From the NCBI GenBank assembly GCA_025356185.1, contig JANXUN010000242.1:1-35058 (forward strand): a DNA stretch of 35,058 bases, given 5' to 3'. The DNA is from Gemmatimonadaceae bacterium (GTDB lineage: Bacteria; Gemmatimonadota; Gemmatimonadetes; Gemmatimonadales; Gemmatimonadaceae). Positions 27,791 to 35,058 of this stretch are shown here, piece by piece. Each line of letters begins with the position of its first letter. Within the stretch, counting starts at the first letter, position 1. The notes under the pieces were generated by a model. That model saw only the letters and a program-made list of their open reading frames with translations. It had not been told where the DNA came from and searched no databases. The position numbers and the translations under genes are program-made.

Positions 27791-28743
27791 TGCATTCACT
27801 GCCGTCCCCTCGCGCGAGTCGCGGTGCGCTGTGTGCCGCTCTCATCGCGCTGTCGTTCGTGGGCGCAACCGCGTGCAATCGCAGCGCCGACGCGTCGGGT
27901 AAGCCGACGGTCGCACTGGTCGTAAAAACACTCAACAATCAGTTCTTCATCGACATGGAGGCCGGCGCCAAGTCGGTCGCCGATAGCCTCGGCATCGAGC
28001 TGATCGTGCAGGCGCCAGAGCGCGAAATCGATGTCGAAAAACAGATGCAAATCGTCGAAAACTTAATCCAGCGCAAAGTGAAGATATTGTTGCTGGTGCC
28101 GAGTGGATCGAAGGAAATCGTTCCTGCGGTCGTGAAGGCGAACGCGGCGGGCATTCCTGTTGTCACAGTCGACACACGTGTTGATGCGCTGACGCTTGCG
28201 GCGGCAAACGGGCGCGTTGCGACGTTCATTGGCTCGGACAATGAAGACGGTGGACGGCTTGCCGGAAAATTCATTGTCGAGCAGCTCAAGGGTGCGGGTA
28301 AAGTCGCCGTACTGGAAGGCATTCCGGGACACGAAACGGGCGACGCGCGCCTGCGCGGATTTCGTTCGGCGTTGACTGCGAGCGCCGGTATTTCCATCGT
28401 CGCGTCGACGACCGCAAACTGGGAACGCGATCAAGCATTCAACGTGACGCAAAACCTGTTGCAAGCGCACCCCGACATCACAGCACTGTTCGCCTGTAAC
28501 GACGTGATGGCGTTAGGCGCCGTCGAAGCGATCGCCGCCGCAGGACGCACGAATGCGATCATCGTGGTTGGGTTCGATGCTCAAGACGACGCACGCAAAG
28601 CGATCACTGCGCACCGCATGGCGGCCACTATCGCGCAGAGTCCGCGCGAGATGGGTCGCATGGCTATGCTTTCTGCGGCACGCATCCTGAAAGGTGAATC
28701 GGTACCAGCAGAGCAGCCGGTACCGATCGCGCTGGTCAAGTAG
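27787..28743 (+). CDS. Monosaccharide ABC substrate-binding lipoprotein (RbsB/AlsB-like)
   Basis: Lipobox-like ATAC, KTLNNQFF, ANWERD, FACNDVMALGA and VVGFDA. ATGA overlap with the permease gene. Confidence 0.92.
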   Translation: MMHSLPSPRASRGALCAALIALSFVGATACNRSADASGKPTVALVVKTLNNQFFIDMEAGAKSVADSLGIELIVQAPEREIDVEKQMQIVENLIQRKVKILLLVPSGSKEIVPAVVKANAAGIPVVTVDTRVDALTLAAANGRVATFIGSDNEDGGRLAGKFIVEQLKGAGKVAVLEGIPGHETGDARLRGFRSALTASAGISIVASTTANWERDQAFNVTQNLLQAHPDITALFACNDVMALGAVEAIAAAGRTNAIIVVGFDAQDDARKAITAHRMAATIAQSPREMGRMAMLSAARILKGESVPAEQPVPIALVK

Positions 28744-28762
28744 CGCCGCGCCACCCCGCGTG

Positions 28763-29761
28763 TCACGCCGCGATCTCGGCGATCATCACGGGACGATGTA
28801 GCTCGCGCGAACGATCGCATGCGAGTGCGACCAACAGCGACTGTTCCGCATCAGCGACAGTGCATGGATTCTCAGCGCGACCGGCGACGACGTCGACAAA
28901 CATTTCCAATTCTGCGCGGTACGCCGCATCAAAGCGATCGAGAAACATCGGGTACGCATTCGCCGGAGCCGCAGGCATGCCGGGTTCGAGCGAATGCATT
29001 GGCGTGCGATTGTCCCATCCCACCGTCACGCTATCCTTGCTGCCAAACAGCTCCATGCGAATGTCGTATCCGAGCGGATTGTGTCGTCCGCCAGTCATGA
29101 CACCCAGCGCTCCGCTACTAAAGCGTAACGTGCCGGCGATGGTGTCCACGTCGTTTTGTCGCGTAAACATATCGTCGACTAACACGGCACCTTGGGCATA
29201 GACTTCCACGATGTCTTGTCCCAGCACCCATCGTACAATGTCAAAGTCGTGAATGTGTAAATCGCGAAAAATTCCTCCGGAGGATGCGAGATACGACTCT
29301 GGCGGCGGCGCAGGATCGTGTCCCGCAATGCGCACGTTATACACCCGGCCGAGCGCACCCGACTGCACCGCGTGACGTGCCGCGATGTACCCGGCATCAA
29401 ATCGACGCTGAAAGCCCATTTGAACCGTGCCATGGTGCTCGGCGACGAGCGCGACAACGCGTCGAGTCGACGCAAGATCGAGCGCAACGGGCTTCTCACA
29501 AAACGTGGGGACACCGGCGCGCACGGCCTGTTCAATAATCGTGGCGTGCGTGTCCGTTGGTGACGCGATGACGACGCCGTCAACCTGCGTCAACAATTCC
29601 GCGACGCTTGGCGCCGCAATCGCCTGCAGCGCGGTTGCGATGGCATCTCCTCGTGCGAGATCCCTGTCGACGACCACCAGTTTTTCGACGTGCGGGTTTG
29701 CGCGGAGCACCTGAGCATGAAATCGTCCGATGCGTCCAACGCCTATGACACCAATGCGCAT
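28763..29761 (-). CDS. iolG: Inositol 2-dehydrogenase-like Gfo/Idh/MocA oxidoreductase
   Basis: MRIGVIGVGRIG, FCEKPVA, GFQRRFD, DPAPPP..Y...SGGIFRDLHIHDFD and GYDIRMELFG. Confidence 0.82.
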   Translation of the reverse strand: MRIGVIGVGRIGRFHAQVLRANPHVEKLVVVDRDLARGDAIATALQAIAAPSVAELLTQVDGVVIASPTDTHATIIEQAVRAGVPTFCEKPVALDLASTRRVVALVAEHHGTVQMGFQRRFDAGYIAARHAVQSGALGRVYNVRIAGHDPAPPPESYLASSGGIFRDLHIHDFDIVRWVLGQDIVEVYAQGAVLVDDMFTRQNDVDTIAGTLRFSSGALGVMTGGRHNPLGYDIRMELFGSKDSVTVGWDNRTPMHSLEPGMPAAPANAYPMFLDRFDAAYRAELEMFVDVVAGRAENPCTVADAEQSLLVALACDRSRELHRPVMIAEIAA

Positions 29762-29766
29762 CAGAA

Positions 29767-31236
29767 CTACCGATCGTACAAAGTCACGAGATCGCGCAAG
29801 CGTGTGACGATGCTGGGCGTGAGCTGTTCCCACGAGAATCGAAACGTCCAGTTGCCCGACGAACGTCCAGGAAAATTCATCCGAGCCTCACTACCGAGTC
29901 CCAGAATGTCTTGCATGGGGATAAGGACGGTGTCGGCTACCGACGCGAGTGCCGCACGTATGAGCGTCCAGTGCATCTCCGTTCCATCGGTATCGAGATA
30001 GCGACGCGCCAACGCGTGCTCGTTTTCGATGTCCAGCCGCGTCCGCGTTGAATCGCCAACACCATCAGATGTCCACCAGCCGAGCGTGGTGTCGTTGTCA
30101 TGTGTACCGGTGTACACGACGCGGTCGGTCGGGTAGGTGTGTGGTTGAAATTCTTTGCCGGCACCATCGGCGCCAAAGGCGAACTGCAAAATGCTCATGC
30201 CTGGATAAGCCATGTGCTCGCGCAGCGCTTCGACTTCTGGCGTGATCAGGCCAAGGTTTTCAGCAACGATTGGCATCGGACCGAGCGCGGAGGTGAGCGC
30301 GTCGAACAGCGTCACGCCGGGGCCTTTCACCCAACGTCCATTGACTGCGGTGCGATCGTGGCCGGGCACTTCCCAATACGCTTCAAATCCGCGGAAATGA
30401 TCGAGACGCACGATATCGAACATCGAGAATGCCGCACGCATGCGCGCGATCCACCACGCATATCCGTTTTTGCGCAGCGCGTCCCAGTCATACAGCGGGT
30501 TTCCCCATAGCTGACCGGTCTCGCTGAAGTAGTCCGGCGGAACTCCGGCCTGAACAATCAGCGCGCCCTTCGCGTCCAATTGAAACAGTTCGCGATGCGC
30601 CCACACGTCTGCCGAATCGTGCGCGACGTAAATGGGTACATCGCCCATCAAGCGAACACCGCGCCCCATGCACGCGTCTTTGAGCGCTGTGAATTGACGA
30701 AAGAATACATACTGTTCAATCCGCACCGCCTCAATCTCTGTCGCGTGACTCGCGCGAAATGCTGCGATCGCGTTCGGATCACGTGCGGCGAGCGGTGGTG
30801 ACCACTGCGTCCACTCGCTGCCACCGTGTTGTTGCTTGATCGCCATAAAGAGCGCAAAATCATCGAGCCATTCCTGCTGCCGCCGCACAAAATGCGCGTA
30901 GCGATCATCAGGCACAAATCGCGCGACGACTTGCGCCAGCTGCGCGCGTTTTGTCGCAGCAACCGCGGCAAAGTCGACGTGATGCGGATTGCCGGTCGCG
31001 ATGCTCGCCCCCGGGATGTGAATGAGCAGCGGGTTGCCCGCAAACGCCGAGAAGCTCTGATACGGTGAATCACCATAGCCGGTGGGGCCGAGCGGTAACA
31101 CTTGCCAGAGCGTTACCCCCGCCTCAACGAGCCGATCAAGAAATCGAAACGCGTCCGGCCCCAAATCGCCGATGCCGTTGGCACTCGGCAGCGACGTGGG
31201 GTGAAGCAGCACGCCGGCGGAGCGGGGGAACTTCAT
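29767..31236 (-). CDS. malQ: 4-alpha-glucanotransferase (amylomaltase, GH77)
   Basis: GVLLHPTSLP, WQVLPLGPT, GVPPDYFSETGQLWGNP, RLDHFRG, AENLG, YTGTHDN and MNFPG..GNW. Confidence 0.96.
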   Translation of the reverse strand: MKFPRSAGVLLHPTSLPSANGIGDLGPDAFRFLDRLVEAGVTLWQVLPLGPTGYGDSPYQSFSAFAGNPLLIHIPGASIATGNPHHVDFAAVAATKRAQLAQVVARFVPDDRYAHFVRRQQEWLDDFALFMAIKQQHGGSEWTQWSPPLAARDPNAIAAFRASHATEIEAVRIEQYVFFRQFTALKDACMGRGVRLMGDVPIYVAHDSADVWAHRELFQLDAKGALIVQAGVPPDYFSETGQLWGNPLYDWDALRKNGYAWWIARMRAAFSMFDIVRLDHFRGFEAYWEVPGHDRTAVNGRWVKGPGVTLFDALTSALGPMPIVAENLGLITPEVEALREHMAYPGMSILQFAFGADGAGKEFQPHTYPTDRVVYTGTHDNDTTLGWWTSDGVGDSTRTRLDIENEHALARRYLDTDGTEMHWTLIRAALASVADTVLIPMQDILGLGSEARMNFPGRSSGNWTFRFSWEQLTPSIVTRLRDLVTLYDR

Positions 31237-31269
31237 TGAAACGAGAGCATGCGAAGAGGAGTAATCGCG

Positions 31270-32532
31270 CTACGTCGTTTTCACACGCGGCGAATACTTC
31301 TCCAGGTCGCGACCTAACAACAGCGTCGCGGCCACTAACGCCGCGCTAATCATAAACGGACTTGCTTTACCGACGTTGTCAAACACGAAACCAAAAAACA
31401 CCGGGAAGCCGACGCGCGTGATACCACCAAATGTTTGTTGCACGCCCATGTACAAACCGCGCTCGGCGCTGCTCACCACGCGTGAAAGCATTGCCGTAAC
31501 GCACGGAAACGTGAATGCCGTGCCAAGCGGCAGCATACCGACGGCCAGTGCCAACGTGTAGTAGTTATTGGACAGCGCGATGCCGACTAACCCCGCGGAC
31601 AAGAACAGCAGTCCCCATCGACTCAGTTTCGGTTCTCCAACGCGGTCCACCAACTTGCCTAAGATCAGCGCACGGGTGACGACGCTCAACACGCCAATGT
31701 AGAAAAAGAAGTATCCGATCGTGTCCGCGGTCACGCCAAATCGAAACGACAAAAACAGTGCAAGAATTGACGTGGTGCCTTGAAATGCACCGATCGCAAT
31801 CGCATAAATCAAAATGAGTCGCGACGCCGGCTCGCTGGGATGACTTACGACGCGCAGCACAGCTTCTTTGCTGCCTTTGCGAACGGGCTTGCTCCCGTCG
31901 GCGTTGAGCGTACCGCCGGTAGGCTTACGGGCTTCGGTGAGATAGCGAGATGCGAACATCACGTTGATCACACACAGCGCCGCTGCGACCAATCCTGGGG
32001 TGTGCGAACTCCAGTGCTGCACCCAACTGCCGATGACGGGGCCGATCGCTACACCCGCATTCGTTGCAGCACTCAACCACCCAAGCGATTTCGCGCGGTC
32101 CTCGGGCTTGGTGGCATCCGCGACGTACGCTTGAATCACGCTCACCGTGCCGCCACCCGCGCCTTGTACGATGCGCGACAAAAACAGCAGCCATAAACTG
32201 TCCGCGTACGCGAACACGACGTACGCAATCGCGCTGGCAGTGAGTCCAACAATCAATGCCGGTCGACGACCGTAGCGATCAGAAAAGCGTCCCCAAATCG
32301 GCGCGCTAATCAATTGCGCAACGCTAAATGAGCTCACCAACAGTCCGACGATCAATCCGTTCGCGCCCAAGCTTTTTGCGTAGAACGGCAGCAACGGCAA
32401 GATCATCAACAAGCCGAGCATGTCGATGAACGCCGTCACCATCAGCACGATCAGCTTTCCAAACGCGCTCTTTTCAGGCACTTCTTTGGGCGTACTGGGC
32501 CACGTCGTCGACGTGGCGTTGGGTTCGGTCAC
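31270..32532 (-). CDS. MFS transporter, DHA1/TetA-like
   Basis: Motif A GRFSDRYGRRP, D.LG..MILPLLP, SRIVQG and GPVIG, with about 12 hydrophobic segments. Confidence 0.92.
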   Translation of the reverse strand: MTEPNATSTTWPSTPKEVPEKSAFGKLIVLMVTAFIDMLGLLMILPLLPFYAKSLGANGLIVGLLVSSFSVAQLISAPIWGRFSDRYGRRPALIVGLTASAIAYVVFAYADSLWLLFLSRIVQGAGGGTVSVIQAYVADATKPEDRAKSLGWLSAATNAGVAIGPVIGSWVQHWSSHTPGLVAAALCVINVMFASRYLTEARKPTGGTLNADGSKPVRKGSKEAVLRVVSHPSEPASRLILIYAIAIGAFQGTTSILALFLSFRFGVTADTIGYFFFYIGVLSVVTRALILGKLVDRVGEPKLSRWGLLFLSAGLVGIALSNNYYTLALAVGMLPLGTAFTFPCVTAMLSRVVSSAERGLYMGVQQTFGGITRVGFPVFFGFVFDNVGKASPFMISAALVAATLLLGRDLEKYSPRVKTT

Positions 32533-33407
32533 TCAGTTTTTCCTAGTGCAGCGGGTGCGACGCTCCGTCCAACAACGCCGGCGAGCGCGATGATCGTTAA
32601 TACGTACGGAATCATTTCCACGAACTGGCTCGGCACCAACTGCGCGCCCTGTAGTTGAATCTGAAGCGTTTCTGCGGCTGCAAACAACACGCACGCCACT
32701 GCAACACGCATCGGTTCCCATCGACCAAAGATCACTGCGGCGAGCGCGATAAAGCCGCGTCCTGCGGTCATGCCATCGGTAAACTGATGTTGATCAAGCG
32801 CTAAATACGCGCCGCCCAACGCGGCCAGCGCGCCCGACAGAATCAAACCCTTGAGGCGCAGCGGGCCAACCGCGATTCCAAGCGTCGTCGCGGCCTCGGG
32901 TTTTTCGCCAATGGCACGCGCACGTAAACCAAACGGCGTCTGATACAGCAGCCACGCAAGCGCAGGTAAGGCAAAGAGCCCAATCCAGACGACCGGGTTG
33001 GCAAAGCTCGACAACATGGCGTTCGCGGCGACTTCGCCGCCGAAACCGGGCACGCGTGGCGAGTTGCTCGCACTATCAAACACCAAGCGCAAAAAGAATC
33101 GAGTGACCGCCACCACCAACAAGTTGATCGCGACGCCAACAACAACCTGGTTGGCTTTGAATCGCAACGTGGCCACGGCAAGGACGCTCGTAATCACGAG
33201 TCCGGCTACGAGGGCGCCCAACAAACCAACCCACGGACTGCCGCCGTAGTAGCTACCAAGCGCCGCGCCAAACGCGCCCGACAACATCAGCCCTTCAAGA
33301 CCCAATGCAATCACGCCGACGCGCTCGGACATCACGCCACCTGCGGCCGCCAGCAAGTACGGGATCGAAATGCGAATCGTTTGCAGTAAAAACGCGATCG
33401 CACTCAT
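32529..33407 (-). CDS. Nucleoside/sugar ABC transporter permease (YufQ/NupC-like)
   Basis: LLAAAGGVMSERVGV..GLEGLML, GLRARAIGEKP..A, AGRGFIALAAVIFG and PYVLTI. Confidence 0.92.
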   Translation of the reverse strand: MSAIAFLLQTIRISIPYLLAAAGGVMSERVGVIALGLEGLMLSGAFGAALGSYYGGSPWVGLLGALVAGLVITSVLAVATLRFKANQVVVGVAINLLVVAVTRFFLRLVFDSASNSPRVPGFGGEVAANAMLSSFANPVVWIGLFALPALAWLLYQTPFGLRARAIGEKPEAATTLGIAVGPLRLKGLILSGALAALGGAYLALDQHQFTDGMTAGRGFIALAAVIFGRWEPMRVAVACVLFAAAETLQIQLQGAQLVPSQFVEMIPYVLTIIALAGVVGRSVAPAALGKTE

Positions 33408-34525
33408 GGCTTGCGCTCAGCGTTTGGTGCGGCTGCACGACTCAGTGAAGCAACTGCACTTGCTGCCGCAGCGCGCAGTTGCCGCTGGACTTCCGGAACC
33501 GCGGTCGCAACGGCGAGAATCACCACGGCGGTGAGAATATCGGTCAGTTGCTTCGGCACGAGCGCGTTTACCGCCAATCCGCCCTGCGATAACGTGGCGA
33601 ACAGCAGCGCCGCTAACATGATGCCCAGTGGATGATTGCGACCAACAAGCGCGACAGCGATTCCAAGAAATCCCGCGCCACCGGCAAAACCTTCTTCGTA
33701 ATAGCCTTTGTATCCCAATACAAAATTGAGTCCACCCATGCCAGCCAACGCGCCCGAGAGCGCCATGGTCACCAGCAACACGCGGGGCACCTGTACGCCA
33801 CCGTATTCCGCCGCATCAGGCTGCAAACCCACGGCCCGCAGTTCGTAACCGGCGCGTGTGCGAAACAGATACCACCAGCTCACCAATGAAGCGAGAATCG
33901 CGAGCACGATGGTCCAGTTGGCCGCACTGCCGTGAAACACGCTAAACATCGTCGATAGTCGCGGCACGCCGCCGGTATTGATTGGCGGTGTGTGCAGCGT
34001 TTCCGGAATGTGAATTTTTGCGGAGACAATCCAGTTGAGCAGCGCGAGCACCACGAAGTTGAGCATGATGGTCACGATCACTTCGCTCGCACCGAAGCGC
34101 GCGCGCAGCACGCCAGGCACGGCAGCGACGGCAGCGCCTCCGAATGCCGCCGCGACCACGCACGCGAGCAATCCAAAGGCGCCCGGTAGCGATGATGGCA
34201 ACAGCATGCCCATCAGCCCTGCCGCAAACCCACCCATCGCAAGCTGCGATTCCGCCCCGACGTTAAACAGCCCCGCGCGACCCGCGAGTGCAAACGCTAA
34301 GCCCGTGAACGTGAGCGTGGTCGCTTTGTACAATACTTGGCCGATTCCGTAGGCATTGCCCCACGTGCCTTCAACGAGCAATCGATACACCGTCGCGGGT
34401 GATTCTCCAAACGTGAGAATCAACAAGTCACCAACAACCGCGGCGATACTGAGCGCAACGAGAATGGGTAAGACGTCGCCCAAAATGGGTCGCCGCGTCG
34501 TCGTCGATATTACGGTCGCGCTCAT
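33404..34525 (-). CDS. Nucleoside/sugar ABC transporter permease (YufP/NupB-like)
   Basis: AGLFNVGAESQ, SEVIVTIMLN, GYELRAVG...AAEYGG and GFLGIAVALVGRNHP. Confidence 0.92.
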   Translation of the reverse strand: MSATVISTTTRRPILGDVLPILVALSIAAVVGDLLILTFGESPATVYRLLVEGTWGNAYGIGQVLYKATTLTFTGLAFALAGRAGLFNVGAESQLAMGGFAAGLMGMLLPSSLPGAFGLLACVVAAAFGGAAVAAVPGVLRARFGASEVIVTIMLNFVVLALLNWIVSAKIHIPETLHTPPINTGGVPRLSTMFSVFHGSAANWTIVLAILASLVSWWYLFRTRAGYELRAVGLQPDAAEYGGVQVPRVLLVTMALSGALAGMGGLNFVLGYKGYYEEGFAGGAGFLGIAVALVGRNHPLGIMLAALLFATLSQGGLAVNALVPKQLTDILTAVVILAVATAVPEVQRQLRAAAASAVASLSRAAAPNAERKP

Positions 34526-35058
34526 GACGACGCTCCCGTCATGAATCGTCCAAGTATCTCCGGCGTCGCGTCGCTCGCGCGCATCACCGTCGCGAACCGA
34601 CCGCCATACATCACCGCGATGCGATCCGAAAGCGCAATCACTTCTGGCAAATCGGCGCTGACAAGCAAAATGCCTTTCCCGGCGTCGCGCGCCTTGCGCA
34701 GTTGATCGTGAATGAATTCAATCGCACCCACATCGACGCCGCGCGTCGGTTGTGCGGCAAGCAGCACCGTAAAATCGCGCCCCATTTCGCGTGCAATCAC
34801 GATCTTCTGCTGATTGCCGCCAGACAACGCGCGCGCTGGCAATGTCGCAATGGGCGGACGAATATCAAACGTGGACAGCTGACGCGCCGCATTGTCGGCG
34901 ATGCGCGCCGCATCAAGACCCGTCGCGGTGGAAAAGCGATGCTGACGTCCAAGAATCAAGTTGTCGGCAATCGAGTACTCGAGAATGAGTCCGCGACGAT
35001 GACGATCCTCGGGGATGTGCGACAGTCCGGCGTCCGCGCGATCGCGTACGCTCAACGC
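34522..35058 (-). CDS. CUT2-type ABC ATPase (YufO/NupA-like), C-terminal part only
   Basis: HIPEDRHRRGL, LSGGNQQK, AQPTRGVDVGA and LLVSADL. The 5' end lies beyond the window. Confidence 0.93.
   Translation of the reverse strand, partial: ALSVRDRADAGLSHIPEDRHRRGLILEYSIADNLILGRQHRFSTATGLDAARIADNAARQLSTFDIRPPIATLPARALSGGNQQKIVIAREMGRDFTVLLAAQPTRGVDVGAIEFIHDQLRKARDAGKGILLVSADLPEVIALSDRIAVMYGGRFATVMRASDATPEILGRFMTGASS

Noticed and set aside
31270-32532. Tetracycline resistance gene
   Set aside because: Only generic DHA1 MFS motifs are present. There is no tetR or mobile context, and the gene is embedded in a housekeeping-like operon.

Overview
GC-rich (roughly 60%), gene-dense bacterial chromosomal segment. 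The gene content and the Gly/Arg-rich linkers in secreted proteins suggest Gemmatimonadota or a similar lineage (inference). Left part: a sodium:solute symporter preceded by an unannotated 32-aa membrane ORF, then a divergent ndh, PAS hybrid histidine kinase and REC-ANTAR regulator cluster. Next come an M20 peptidase, a Tat-signal TldD with a signal-less TldE, a Tat DsrE-like protein, an outer-membrane barrel, a DUF1684-TlpA-SGNH esterase operon and a T4 Imm-like protein next to an Omp85-like gene. Right part: a sugar catabolism patchwork (uxuA, Gfo/Idh/MocA oxidoreductase, xylB, PfkB kinase, RbsC/RbsB-like ABC components without an ATPase, iolG, malQ). It includes a decaying xylose locus: a LacI gene and galM with internal deletions, and a possible xylA 3' remnant. 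Also present are a 127-bp palindromic CACGGA-repeat element, a large M14 peptidase, an MFS transporter and a nucleoside-type ABC transporter running off the window. I found no rRNA, tRNA, CRISPR array, transposase or prophage. The best leads are the possibly exported TldD/E with an altered metal ligand, the ANTAR system with candidate RNA hairpins at ndh, and the palindromic element.
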